Shown: positions 52,550 through 62,791 of the stretch, in pieces
How the letters are laid out: each line of letters starts with the position of its first letter
Numbering within the stretch: position 1 is the stretch's first letter
From: an uncultured Solirubrobacterales bacterium
GTDB taxonomy: Bacteria > Actinomycetota > Thermoleophilia > Solirubrobacterales > Solirubrobacteraceae
Direction of reading: 5' to 3'
DNA length: 64,000 bases
Assembly (NCBI GenBank): GCA_963722995.1
Contig: CAVROW010000011.1
Span: 303,644 to 367,643 of the forward strand
Translations under genes and position numbers: made by a program
Notes under the pieces: model-generated
What the model was told of the DNA's origin: nothing
The model's input: only the letters and a program-made list of their open reading frames with translations
The model's database searches: none

Positions 52550-54151
52550 TCAGGCGGCCGGCGCCTCGGGCGACTCGCGCGGGCGGAGCGTCCGGCTCCG
52601 CCTCCTCGGTGGCGGCGCTGACCTCGGTGGCGCCGCTCGCGTCCTCGGCCGGGATCGACTCCTCGGCGGCGTCGGCCTCGGGGGCGGCGGCCTCCGGGAC
52701 GGCGGTCTCGGTGGCCGTCCCGGCCTCCGGGGCGCCGTCGGCCTCGGTCGCGCCGGCCTCGGTCGCGCCGGGGGCGTCGGCCTCGGGAGCCGTCCCGGCC
52801 TCCGGGGCGCCGTCGGCCTCGGGGCCGGCGGCCTCGGCAGTCTCGGCCTCGGCGGCGGGGCTCTCGTCCGCGCCATCCTCCGGCGCGTCGGCGCGTCCGG
52901 CGCTGCCGCGCCGGCGCCGGCGGGCGCGAATACGTCCTCGGACAGGCCCAGCTCGGGGACGTCGTCCAGATCCGTGCCCTCCGCGGGCGGGGTGATCGGC
53001 CGCACGGGCAGAACCTGACCCTCGACGCGCTTGATCGACAGCGACAGCCGGCGGCGCTCGGAGTCGATCTCGAGGATCTTCACGCGCACCGGGTCGCCGG
53101 GCTGGATGATCTCGCGCGGGTTCTCGACGTGGTGCTGGGCGAGCTCGGAGATGTGGACGAGGCCCTCGACGCCGTCGAGGATCTCGACGAACGCGCCGAA
53201 CGTGACCACCTTGGTCGCCGTGCCCTCGAGCTCGTCACCGATGTTGTACGTGTCGACGACGCGCTGCCACGGATCCTCCTGGGTCTGCTTGAGCCCCAGG
53301 GAGATGCGCTGGCGGTCGCGGTCGATGTCGAGCACCTTGACGGTGACCTTGTCACCGATCGAGAGGATCTCGCTCGGGTGGTTGACGTGCGACCAGGAAA
53401 GCTCGGAGATGTGAATCAGCCCGTCGATCCCCTCGAGGTCCACGAACGCGCCGAAGTCGACGATGTTGGAGATCGTGCCCTCGACCACCTGACCGGGCTG
53501 GAGCCGGTCGAGGATCCGCTCGCGGTCCTCCTTGCGCTGCTCCTCCAGGACCGCGCGGCGCGAGAGCACGACGTTGTTGCGCGAACGGTTGAGCTCGATC
53601 ACCTTGCACTCGATCGTCTCGCCCATGTACTCGTCGAGGTTCGGCACACGGCGGATGTCGACCAGCGAGGCGGGCAGGAAGCCGCGGACGCCGAGGTCGA
53701 TGATCAGGCCGCCCTTGACGACCTCGATCACGGTGCCGTGCACGGGCTCGCCGGAGTCGGCGGCGCCCTCGATCCGGCGCCACGCCTTCTCGAACCGGGC
53801 GCGCTTCTTGGACAGGATCAGGCGGCCGTCCTGGTCCTCCTTGGTGAGGACGAGCGCGTCGACCTCCTCGCCGAGCGAGACCTCCTCGCCGGGGTCGACC
53901 GACTTGCGGATCGACAGCTCACCCGCGGGGATGACCCCTTCGGACTTGTAGCCGATGTCGACGAGGACCTCGTCGTTGTCGATGCGAACGACGTGCCCGG
54001 TGACGACGTCGCCCTCCTGGAACGGGTGGAGGGTGGCGTCGTAATTCGGGACAATGCGACCGTCGATCTCGAGCAGGAGGCCGTTGGACCCCTCGACTAC
54101 TTTCGCGTTCGGCAGGTCGGCGGGTGGGGACAGAGTCGTGGTCGAAGACAT
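52550..54151 (-). CDS. rpsA: 30S ribosomal protein S1 with a long acidic tail (two compensating indels in the tail)
   Basis: VLVDIGYKSEG; VKGGLIIDLG; FGAFVDL; GLVHISEL; four S1 domains. Confidence 0.96.
   Translation of the reverse strand: MSSTTTLSPPADLPNAKVVEGSNGLLLEIDGRIVPNYDATLHPFQEGDVVTGHVVRIDNDEVLVDIGYKSEGVIPAGELSIRKSVDPGEEVSLGEEVDALVLTKEDQDGRLILSKKRARFEKAWRRIEGAADSGEPVHGTVIEVVKGGLIIDLGVRGFLPASLVDIRRVPNLDEYMGETIECKVIELNRSRNNVVLSRRAVLEEQRKEDRERILDRLQPGQVVEGTISNIVDFGAFVDLEGIDGLIHISELSWSHVNHPSEILSIGDKVTVKVLDIDRDRQRISLGLKQTQEDPWQRVVDTYNIGDELEGTATKVVTFGAFVEILDGVEGLVHISELAQHHVENPREIIQPGDPVRVKILEIDSERRRLSLSIKRVEGQVLPVRPITPPAEGTDLDDVPELGLSEDVFAPAGAGAAAPDAPTRRRMARTRAPPPRPRLPRPPAPRPTAPRRPGRLPRPTPPARPRPARPRPTAPRRPGRPPRPPSRRPPPPRPTPPRSRSRPRTRAAPPRSAPPPRRRSRTLRPRESPEAPAA
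52715..52822. repeat. Repeated unit encoding EADGAPEAGT in the S1 tail
   Basis: ccgtcccggcctccggggcgccgtcggcctcgg occurs twice, about 75 bp apart. Confidence 0.75.
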
Positions 54152-54240
54152 ACCTCCCGGCTCAGGATAGCCGTATGGCTCGCGGAGAGGGCGCCCGTAT
54201 CATCAAACGCTAATGCCGCGGAGAGCCACCAAGCGCGGGG

Positions 54241-55335
54241 ATGAGCGCACCCCGCTGCGACCGCGACTGCGACGTCCTGATCTGCGGCGCGAGCTTCGCC
54301 GGCCTGGCGGTGGCGCGGGAGCTGGCGGGCAGCGGCGCCGACGTGCTCGTGATCGACCGCTACGAGATCGGTGAGCGTCAGACGTCGGCATGCGGAATCC
54401 CAACCGGCTGGCTGACCGCACTCGACCTGCAGGAATCCTTGCGCCAGACGTTCGACGAGCTCGTCATCCACACGCCGCACACCACCGTCCGCTACGGGCT
54501 CCCGTGGACGTTCTCGACCTTCGACTACCGCACGCTGTGCGAGGCGCTGGCGGCGCAGGGCTCGTTCGACTTCGAGACGGCCAAGGTCGACGGTCGTACG
54601 GGCGACACGGTGCACACCGACCGGGGGGACATCCGATCTCCGCTGATCGTCGACGGCCTCGGGTGGCGCCGCGTGCTCGGCGCCGGCGCGAACATCCAGC
54701 CCCCCGACGCGCTGCTCTCGCGCGGGCTCGAGGTTCATCCGCACGCGTCCGGGCGCGAGATGGAGATCTGGATCGATCGTTCCTACGTCCCCGCCGGCTA
54801 CGGCTGGAGCTTCCCCGCCGGCGAGGAGGTGCGGATCGGCGTCGGCTCCTTCGACCCCCGCTTCCACGTGCGCGATCCGACCGTCAAGCTCGCCACCGAC
54901 CTCTCGCAAGCCGCCGTCCGCTACCAGGGCAACTGGATCCCCCACGCCCTGCGCGACGCCACCGAGGACGGCATCTTCTTCACCGGCGACTCCGCCGGGC
55001 ATTGCCTCCCGCTCACCGCCGAGGGGATCCGGACCGCGCTCTACTTCGGGATCGCGTGCGGGCGCGAGCTACGCGCGGTGGTCGAGGGTCGCCAGAGCCG
55101 GGCGACCGCCCTCCAGCGCTACCACGCGTTCTCCGCCGGCCACGCCCTGCCCTTCCGCTGGATGCTCCGGGTCCAGCGCCTGATCCCGCGGGTGGCGCCG
55201 CCGCGTGCTGGCAACCGGCCTCAAGGGCGCATGCAGGCCCAGCGCTTCATCGACTGGTCCTTCGGCCACTACCTCGAGGTCGCCCACCCGCGCTTCGTCG
55301 GCCAGGCGCCGGCGCCGGCCTTCGCGTCTGTTTGA
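54241..55335 (+). CDS. Geranylgeranyl-reductase-like FAD-dependent oxidoreductase
   Basis: ICGASFAGL; SACG; GYGWSFP; GDSAG...PLTAEGI. Confidence 0.85.
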   Translation: MSAPRCDRDCDVLICGASFAGLAVARELAGSGADVLVIDRYEIGERQTSACGIPTGWLTALDLQESLRQTFDELVIHTPHTTVRYGLPWTFSTFDYRTLCEALAAQGSFDFETAKVDGRTGDTVHTDRGDIRSPLIVDGLGWRRVLGAGANIQPPDALLSRGLEVHPHASGREMEIWIDRSYVPAGYGWSFPAGEEVRIGVGSFDPRFHVRDPTVKLATDLSQAAVRYQGNWIPHALRDATEDGIFFTGDSAGHCLPLTAEGIRTALYFGIACGRELRAVVEGRQSRATALQRYHAFSAGHALPFRWMLRVQRLIPRVAPPRAGNRPQGRMQAQRFIDWSFGHYLEVAHPRFVGQAPAPAFASV

Positions 55336-55370
55336 TCGATCCTGGGTCCCTGAGACCTAAGATCGATCAC

Positions 55371-55426
55371 GTGACGCGACCCACGCGCACCGCGAATCAG
55401 GTGACGCGAAGCACGCGCACCGCGAA
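55371..55426. repeat. 30-bp-period tandem duplication across the stop codon of the PKD gene
   Basis: gtgacgcgacccacgcgcaccgcgaa (55371) and gtgacgcgaagcacgcgcaccgcgaa (55401). Confidence 0.75.
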
Positions 55427-56598
55427 CCCCCAGTTGCCCCAACTGTCGGTGACGCGCACCACGACCCGGTAGCGCCCCGCTCGCCGCCACACGTGCGACG
55501 CCCGGGGGCGCCGCGAGCCGAACGACCACAGCCACGCCACGATTCGGCGCCCGGCCGCCGCCGACGCCCGCGCCGCGAACGCAGCCCGCCGGCCCGCTCG
55601 CACCCGCCGCGGACCGCTCACCGACACGCGGTCCGCCGCCGCCCGCGCCGCGCAGCGTCCACTCGCGTCGCTCCACAGCTCCTGCAACCAGTAGTGGCCG
55701 CCGTCGATCACCTCGTCCCAGGCCCCGCCGCCGGCGCCACCGAGCCTGCGCCCGAAGTTCGACAGGCACAGATCGGCGATCTCCTCCCCGTCGGAGGCGC
55801 TCCACGCGTCGCCCTCGGGGTCGGTGACGATCTCGGCCTGCTCGTGGGTCAGCGTCGAGAGCGCTGGGTCGGCGGCGCTGCCGTTGGGGCGCGGGTTCCC
55901 GGATTGGCAGTGTCCCGACACTGCGTTGTACGGGATCACCGCATACGGAATCCCGTTGCCGGTCACCAGGTGGTAGCCGCAGTAGCCGTTGTCCGGGCCA
56001 CCCAGCGCGCAGCTCGACGAGCTCGAGTCCAGGCACGTCCCGAACCCGTCGGGCAGGACCAGGAAGTAGATGTCCCGCGGCCCGCGCGGGAGCCGCTCGG
56101 CGGCGACCACGTGCTCGATCTCTGACTGGAGTTGGGCGTCGGTGAGGCACACCCGCCAGGGCGGCGCGCTCGAGGGCTCGTGGCAGCCGTTCGCGGGCAG
56201 TGGATCTCCGTCCACCACGCCGCCCAGGAACTGAGACGCGTACACGGCCCGGCCGCCCCGGTCCCCGTATTGCCCGGTCAGCCCGTAAACGTTCCCCGGG
56301 CTGTGACTGGCCGCCGCCACCCGCGCCAGGAACGCGTCGATGACCGCGAGGTAGCCCGAGTCGAACGCCAGCCCCGACCCCGACGGGGCCCAGAAGATGA
56401 CATGGCCGCGGCTCGAATGGAGCACCCGGCCGCCGTGCCAGTCGACCCGCGCCCGCGCCGCCCCGGCCGCCGGAACCGCTCGAACCGCCACAGCCGCCGG
56501 CGCCCCCGTGGGCACGTCGCGCTCGACGAGGACCTTCGACGCGGCGGCGCGGCGGATGCGAGCACGATCGCCGCCGCGATGGCCAGGAGCACCCTCAC
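55397..56598 (-). CDS. Secreted Phi-1/EXORDIUM-like domain plus PKD domain protein; indel near the signal peptide
   Basis: GTGA overlap with the polA stop; signal peptide; WHGGRVL; YCGYH; THEQAEIVTDP; EIADLC; PKD WSFG..H..GRYRVVVRVTD. Confidence 0.7.
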
Positions 56599-59177
56599 TT
56601 GGCCGCCAGCCAATCCGCCCCCACCCCGGCCTCGACCGCGAGCGGAGGGTCCATCTCGAACGCGCCCGCCATCTCCCGCTCGGCCAGCGCGCGGACCTCC
56701 GGAGCCTCCACCGCCGGCCCCTCGAACAGCAGCTCGTCGTGGATCTGCAGGATCATCCGCGTCCGCAGACCGGCCTGCTTCAACGCCGCGTCACACCGCA
56801 CCATCGCCACCTTCATGATGTCCGCCGCGGTGCCCTGGATCACCATGTTGACCGCGAAGCGCTCCCCCTGCCGGCGCATCTCCCAGCGCCGCGCCCGCAG
56901 CTCTGGTACCTGGCGCCGGCGCCCGAACAGCGTCGAGACGTATCCGTGCTCGGTCCCTTGCTCGATCGTCTCCGAGATCCACCGCGCCACGGCGGGGAAC
57001 CCGGCCAGGTAGCGCTGGATGAACTCATCGGCCTCCTCCTGGGGGATGTCGAGGCGGTCGGCCATCCCCCATGCCGACAGCCCATAGACGATGCCGTAGT
57101 TGATCATCTTCGCCTTGGAGCGCATGCCCGGGTCGATCTGCTCCGGTGTCACCCCGAACACGCGGCAGGCCGTCGCGGTGTGCACGTCCTCTCCCGCCAC
57201 GAAGATCTCCTTGAGCGCATCCTCGCCGGCGATGTGCGCCAGCAGCCGCAGCTCCACCTGCGAGTAGTCGGCGGACACGAGCAGATCCCCCGGCTCGGCC
57301 ACGAAGCAGGCCCGGATCTCCCGCCCCAGTGGCGTCCGGATCGGGATGTTCTGCAGGTTGGGGTTGTTGGACGACAGCCGGCCCGTGGTGGCCGCGGTCT
57401 GGTTGAACGTGGTGTGGATCCGCCCGTCGCCGGCGATCAGCGCCGGCAGGGCGTCCAGGTAGGTCTTGGCCAGCTGGTTGAGCTCGCGCCAGCGCTCGAT
57501 CTTCTCGATCACCGGGTGCTCGTGGCGGATCGCCTGCAGGACCCGCGCGTCGGTCGAGTAGCCGGTCTTGCCGCGGCGCTTGCGCGACAGTCCGAGCGTC
57601 CCGAACAGCACCTCCTCGAGCTGCTTGGGCGAGCCCAGCGTGAACTCCACTCCGCACATGTCGAAGATCTCGCGCTCCAGGGCATCGGCCTCCGCCTTGA
57701 CGCGCTCGGAGATGTCCCGCAGCCGCGCCGTGTCGAGCTTCGAGCCGACCTTCTCCATCTCACGCAGCACCCGGATCAGCGGCAGCTCGACCTCCTCGAG
57801 CAGCCAGGTCAGCCCCCGTCCCCGGATCTGCTCGCGCTGCCACGCCGCCAGCGCCCCCACCAGCAGCGCGTCGACCGCCGCCTCGTCCTCGACGCCCACC
57901 GTCGCGAACCCCCGATCGGCCGCCAGCTCGCGCAGCGGATAGGCGCGCGCGGCGGGCTCGAGCAGGTAGGCGGCGACCTCGGTGTCGTGGACCAGGCGCG
58001 TCGGCACCTCCCCCAGCGACTTGGCGTCGTGGGCGACGACGGGGCGCTCGCCCAGCGCCGCCACCACGTCCTCGGGCCTTCCCCCTCCCCCGGCCAGAAC
58101 CTCGGCCGCGCCCGGGTACACCGCCCACGTCCACGCGCCGTCGGCCGCGAACAGCGCTCCGTCCGGCGTCGCCGGCGCCCGCGCGGCCAGCGCCACCTCC
58201 GAGCCGGCAGGCAGCCGGCGCAGAGCGTCGAGGCCGGTCCGGCGCAGGCGCGCGGTCAGCTCCTGCTCGCCCGCCGGGGCGGGTGCCGCGGCGTCCGCCG
58301 ATCCGAGCGCCTCCTCGAGCCGCCGGAGCGGCTCGCGCAGCTCGTAGGTGCGGAACACCTCGCGCAGGCGCGAGCGGTCCGGCTCGCGCGCGACGAACTC
58401 GGCCAGGTCGAGCTCGAGCGGGATGTCGCGCTTTGCCGTGGCCAGCTCCTTGGACACCCGCGCGGCGTCGGCGTGCACGGTCAGGTTCTGCTTGCGCTTG
58501 GCGCCCGAGACCTCATCCACCCGCTCGAGCACCGCCTCCAGGGACCCGAACCGCTGGAGCAGCTCGGCCGCGGTCTTGTCCCCGATCCCGGGGACGCCGG
58601 GGATGTTGTCGCTCGTGTCGCCCTTGAGCCCGATGAAGTCGGGGACGAGCTCTGGGGCGATCCCGTAGCGGTCGATGACGCCCTGCCGGTCGTACACGCG
58701 CGTGTCGGTGATCCCCCGTGAGGTCGTCATGATCCTCACGCCGTCGTCCACCAGCTGGTACGCGTCCCGATCGCCTGTCACCACCATCACCGGGATCGGC
58801 GGGTCCGCCGCCCGCGCCCGCTCCACGATCGACGCGATCACGTCGTCGGCCTCGTAGCCCTCCACCCGCAGGTTGCCGTACCCGAACGCGTCGACGAGCG
58901 GCTCGAACGCCGGCCACTGCTCCTTGAGCAGGTCCGGCCGCGTCGTCCGCTGTGCCTTGTACTCGGTGTAGAGCTCCTTGCGTCCCGACCAGCCCGCGTC
59001 CCACACGACCACCGTCGCCTTCGGGCCGTAGTCGGTGAGGATCTTGACCAGCATCGAGGCGAACCCGAAGATCGCGTTCGTCGGCACCCCGGTCGAGGTG
59101 GCGATCGACTCGGGCAGCGCGAAGAACGCGCGGTAGGCGAGGCTGTTGCCGTCGATCAGGAAAAGCTCGTCGGGCAT
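56595..59177 (-). CDS. polA: DNA polymerase I
   Basis: LIDGNSLAYRAF; EADD; GDTSDNIPGV; TGRLSS; DYSQVELR; KMINYGIVYG; QIHDEL. Confidence 0.97.
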   Translation of the reverse strand: MPDELFLIDGNSLAYRAFFALPESIATSTGVPTNAIFGFASMLVKILTDYGPKATVVVWDAGWSGRKELYTEYKAQRTTRPDLLKEQWPAFEPLVDAFGYGNLRVEGYEADDVIASIVERARAADPPIPVMVVTGDRDAYQLVDDGVRIMTTSRGITDTRVYDRQGVIDRYGIAPELVPDFIGLKGDTSDNIPGVPGIGDKTAAELLQRFGSLEAVLERVDEVSGAKRKQNLTVHADAARVSKELATAKRDIPLELDLAEFVAREPDRSRLREVFRTYELREPLRRLEEALGSADAAAPAPAGEQELTARLRRTGLDALRRLPAGSEVALAARAPATPDGALFAADGAWTWAVYPGAAEVLAGGGGRPEDVVAALGERPVVAHDAKSLGEVPTRLVHDTEVAAYLLEPAARAYPLRELAADRGFATVGVEDEAAVDALLVGALAAWQREQIRGRGLTWLLEEVELPLIRVLREMEKVGSKLDTARLRDISERVKAEADALEREIFDMCGVEFTLGSPKQLEEVLFGTLGLSRKRRGKTGYSTDARVLQAIRHEHPVIEKIERWRELNQLAKTYLDALPALIAGDGRIHTTFNQTAATTGRLSSNNPNLQNIPIRTPLGREIRACFVAEPGDLLVSADYSQVELRLLAHIAGEDALKEIFVAGEDVHTATACRVFGVTPEQIDPGMRSKAKMINYGIVYGLSAWGMADRLDIPQEEADEFIQRYLAGFPAVARWISETIEQGTEHGYVSTLFGRRRQVPELRARRWEMRRQGERFAVNMVIQGTAADIMKVAMVRCDAALKQAGLRTRMILQIHDELLFEGPAVEAPEVRALAEREMAGAFEMDPPLAVEAGVGADWLAAK

Positions 59178-59201
59178 GGTTGTGGCAGGCTATCTGGCGG
59201 G

Positions 59202-60641
59202 ATGCCGCCCACACCGAGTGCCCAGTTCAGCCTCACCCTGCGTGTGCAGATCGCCCACCAGCCCGGGATGCTGGGGAAGGTCGCCTCGGCGATCGGCGCC
59301 GCCGGCGGGACGATCGGCGCAATCGACCTGGTCGCGATCGACGGACCGAACACGATCCGCGACATCACCGTCGAGACCGCCGCCGCCGGCGATTGGCCGT
59401 CGCTGACCGACGCGATCGACGGCGTCGACGGCGCGCACGTGCTCGAGGCGATCGACCGCACGTTCATGATGCATGCCGGCGGCAAGATCGAGGTGCGCTC
59501 GAAGACCCCGCTGGCGACGCGCGAGGAGCTCTCGATGGCCTACACCCCAGGCGTCGCCCGCGTCTCGAGCGCGATCCACCGTGATCCCGAGCTTGCGTTC
59601 GAGTACACGATCAAGCAGGGGACGGTGGCGGTGGTGTCGGACGGCACCGCGGTCCTCGGGCTCGGCGACATCGGCCCTCGCGCTGCGATGCCCGTGATGG
59701 AGGGCAAGGCGATGCTGTTCAAGGAGTTCGCCGGCGTCGACGCCTTCCCGATCTGCCTCGACACGAAGGACCCGGACGAGATCGTGTCCGTGGTCAAGGC
59801 GATCGCGCCCGGTTTCGGCGGGATCAACCTCGAGGACATCTCGGCGCCGCGGTGCTTCGAGATCGAGGAGCGGCTGAAGGCCGAGCTCGACATCCCCGTG
59901 TTCCACGACGACCAGCACGGGACCGCGGTTGTCGTGCTCGCGGCGCTGATCAACGCCGCCGCGCTGACCGGCCGCCGGATCGAGGACACCCGGGCGGTGA
60001 TCGTGGGGCTGGGCGCCGCGGGCGTGGCCGTAACGCGGATCCTGCTCGGCGCCGGCGTCGGCCATATCGTCTGCTGCGACTCGCGCGGGGCGGTGCACAC
60101 CGACCGCCCCGACTACCTCGACGGCACGATGCCGGCGGCCAAGCGTGCGCTCGCGCAGGCGACCAATCCCGATCGCCGCTCCGGGCCGCCCGCCGAGATG
60201 CTCGACGGCGCTGACCTGCTGGTCGGGGTATCGGGCGCCCGCGCCATTCCCGCCGCGGCGCTCGGGCGCATGAATCCCGACCCGCTGGTGTTCGTGATGG
60301 CCAACCCCGATCCCGAGATCGCGCCCGAGGAGGCCGCCCGTTACGCCCGTGTTCTCGCCACCGGCCGCTCGGACTATCCCAACCAGATCAACAACGTCCT
60401 GTGCTTCCCGGGCATCTTCCGCGGCGCGCTCGACGTTCGCGCCACCCAGATCACCGAGCCGATGAAGATGGCGGCGGCGCACGCGATCGCCGGCATCGTC
60501 GGCCCTGACGAGCTGCGTGAGGACTACATCGTGCCCTCGGTGTTCAACCGCGAGGTGGTGGCGGCCGTGGCGGCGGCGGTGGCGCAGGAGGCCCGGCGCG
60601 AGGAAAAGCCGCGCCGGCCCGCCCCCGTTCTCGTCGTGTAG
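59202..60641 (+). CDS. NAD(P)-dependent malic enzyme with N-terminal ACT domain
   Basis: AYTPGV; DGTAVLGLGDIG; NLEDI; FHDDQHGT; GAAG; TGRSDYPNQINN. Confidence 0.95.
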   Translation: MPPTPSAQFSLTLRVQIAHQPGMLGKVASAIGAAGGTIGAIDLVAIDGPNTIRDITVETAAAGDWPSLTDAIDGVDGAHVLEAIDRTFMMHAGGKIEVRSKTPLATREELSMAYTPGVARVSSAIHRDPELAFEYTIKQGTVAVVSDGTAVLGLGDIGPRAAMPVMEGKAMLFKEFAGVDAFPICLDTKDPDEIVSVVKAIAPGFGGINLEDISAPRCFEIEERLKAELDIPVFHDDQHGTAVVVLAALINAAALTGRRIEDTRAVIVGLGAAGVAVTRILLGAGVGHIVCCDSRGAVHTDRPDYLDGTMPAAKRALAQATNPDRRSGPPAEMLDGADLLVGVSGARAIPAAALGRMNPDPLVFVMANPDPEIAPEEAARYARVLATGRSDYPNQINNVLCFPGIFRGALDVRATQITEPMKMAAAHAIAGIVGPDELREDYIVPSVFNREVVAAVAAAVAQEARREEKPRRPAPVLVV

Positions 60642-60683
60642 GACCCGCTTTGGCCGTCCGAGGCGGCCGCCACACTGCCCGGC

Positions 60684-61448
60684 GTGACCGGCGACGCCTT
60701 CTGGGCGTGCATCCCCGCGATGCTCCTGGCCGCCGCGGCGATCCCGCGGCGGGGCGGCTCGATCGCCGCCGCCACCGTGCTCCTGCTCGCGGCCGGCGTG
60801 CCGGTGTTCGCGGCTGCCGGCCGCCACCCGCCGCTGGCGCTTGCGCTCCTCGTCCCGGCGGCCAGCGTGGCGATCCTGATCGCGATGCGGGAGCGGCTGC
60901 GCCGCGAGCGTGATGCGCTACGCGTGACCGCCCTTCGCGATCCGCTCACCGGCGTGGCCAACCGGCGCTCCCTGCTCGAGCGCGTCGAGTACGAGATCGC
61001 CCGGCACACGCGCTCCGGCGGCAGCTTCTGCCTGCTGATGCTCGACCTCGATGGGTTCAAGCTGCTCAACGACCGCTTCGGGCACGCCGCAGGTGACGAC
61101 CTGCTGCGCGACGTCGCCGCGGCGCTCGAGCGGGCCATGCGCGATCAGGATACGGTGGCGCGCCTCGGCGGCGACGAGTTCTGCGTGCTGGCGCCGGAGA
61201 CCGACGCGGCCGAGCGGCTGACCAGCCGCTCGATGGCCGCGGTCGGCCGCGTGACCGCAGGGATCGAGGTCCTCGGCGCGAGCGCCGGCGTCGCCGTCTT
61301 TCCCGAAGACGGGACGACGATCGAGAGCCTGCTCGACCGTGCCGACCAGCGTCTGCTCGAGCTCAAGCGCCGGCGGCAGCGCGCGCGTCCCGCGCGCCAG
61401 CGCCGCCTAGGTCAGGACATCGCCCCTGCCGCATCGACGGTCTTGTAG
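60684..61448 (+). CDS. Membrane GGDEF diguanylate cyclase (3' end uncertain)
   Basis: DPLTGVANRR; DLDGFK; NDRFGH; RDQD I-site; GGDEF. Confidence 0.9.
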   Translation: MTGDAFWACIPAMLLAAAAIPRRGGSIAAATVLLLAAGVPVFAAAGRHPPLALALLVPAASVAILIAMRERLRRERDALRVTALRDPLTGVANRRSLLERVEYEIARHTRSGGSFCLLMLDLDGFKLLNDRFGHAAGDDLLRDVAAALERAMRDQDTVARLGGDEFCVLAPETDAAERLTSRSMAAVGRVTAGIEVLGASAGVAVFPEDGTTIESLLDRADQRLLELKRRRQRARPARQRRLGQDIAPAASTVL

Positions 61449-62698
61449 AACACCGGGTCGCCGCTCGGGCCGACCTTGTACAGGCCGTAGGACTTGAGCG
61501 TGGTGTCGCCGTTGGCGTCGAACCCGTAGGTGCCGAGCACCGAGGTGCGGTCGCGGACCGCGAACAGCGCCTTCAGCACCGCGACCTTGTTGTCGCCGGA
61601 GCGGCCGAGGCCGGCGATCGTGTCGAGCCCGAGCTTCATCGCCTCGTAGCCGTAGATCGCGTAGGGGTCCGGATTGCCGTCGCCGTACCTGGCCTTGTAG
61701 GCCGCGAGGAACTGCCTGCCGCCGGGATAGGAGGTCAGGCTGAGCGTTGGCATCGTGCACTCGATCAGCGGATCGATCGCGGCGCTCACGCCCCCTAGGC
61801 GCGGGTCCGTCCAGGCGCCGACGCACATCTGGTCGGGGCCGAACAGCTTGGCCTTCGGCAGCGCGTGGTTGACGGCCTCGGTCAGCGGGACCGCGGCACT
61901 GGGCGCGTCGCCGGCGAAGAAGAAGCAGTCGGCGCCCTGCGCCTTGAGCCCGTGCGCGTACGCCTGCAGGTTCGTGTTGTCGAGGTCGATCGTCGTGGTG
62001 CTGGCGAACGTCACCCCGTAGCCGCCCTTCTCGGCCTGGAGCAGCGCTGCGAAACCGGTGCCGTACGGATCGGCCTCGTCGGCCAGCGCCACCTTGCGGC
62101 AGCCCGCCTGCTTCATCGCGATCAGGTCGGCAGCCGCCTGAACAGAGTCGATCGGGACGATCCGCAGGAACGTCCGCTCGCCGCCGGGCCAGTACTTCCT
62201 GGGCTCGCCGGAGGCGCTGCCCGGCAGGTTCGTGGTCAGCCCGACGTACGTGCTGGCGGGACTGACCTGCGGGACCTTCGCCTGGTTGAGGATCTGGATC
62301 GAGATCTCGCTCGCCACCGAGCTGAACTCGCCCACGTAGTAGACGGCCTTAGGGTCCTCGGCGGCCTGCCGGGCGTTGGCCGCCGTCTCACCCGGGTCCC
62401 AGTCGCTGTCCCCCGCGGTCGAGTCGATCAGTGAGCGGTAGTAGACGTTCCACCTGCCGGCGCGGTCTCGCGCCTGCGCCAGCGCGAGCTCGATTCCGTT
62501 GACGATCGCCTCCGCCTGCGGCGCGAGGGCGCCCTGGAGCGGGAGGCTCGAGTAGATGTCGACGGTCCGGCTTTCGAGGTTGACCGGGTTCGTGTCCGTG
62601 CGGCTGGCGCCCGTCGTGCTGCCCGCCCCGCAGGCGACCACAGCCAATGCGGCTGCGAGACCCAGGCAACCCGTCACCGCCTTCCCGACCGAGCGCAT
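61412..62698 (-). CDS. LivK-like substrate-binding lipoprotein
   Basis: Lipobox VVAC; YSSLPLQG; GEFSS; FLRIVP; YGYEAM; FDANGD. Confidence 0.88.
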   Translation of the reverse strand: MRSVGKAVTGCLGLAAALAVVACGAGSTTGASRTDTNPVNLESRTVDIYSSLPLQGALAPQAEAIVNGIELALAQARDRAGRWNVYYRSLIDSTAGDSDWDPGETAANARQAAEDPKAVYYVGEFSSVASEISIQILNQAKVPQVSPASTYVGLTTNLPGSASGEPRKYWPGGERTFLRIVPIDSVQAAADLIAMKQAGCRKVALADEADPYGTGFAALLQAEKGGYGVTFASTTTIDLDNTNLQAYAHGLKAQGADCFFFAGDAPSAAVPLTEAVNHALPKAKLFGPDQMCVGAWTDPRLGGVSAAIDPLIECTMPTLSLTSYPGGRQFLAAYKARYGDGNPDPYAIYGYEAMKLGLDTIAGLGRSGDNKVAVLKALFAVRDRTSVLGTYGFDANGDTTLKSYGLYKVGPSGDPVFYKTVDAAGAMS

Positions 62699-62791
62699 AC
62701 GCCTCCTGAACGCTTCAACCCGAGTCTCCGGTGCCCGGGGCGCTGAGCGTAGTGCCGGTCGGGGACGGCCGCGCGCGACCCTAACCCAACG

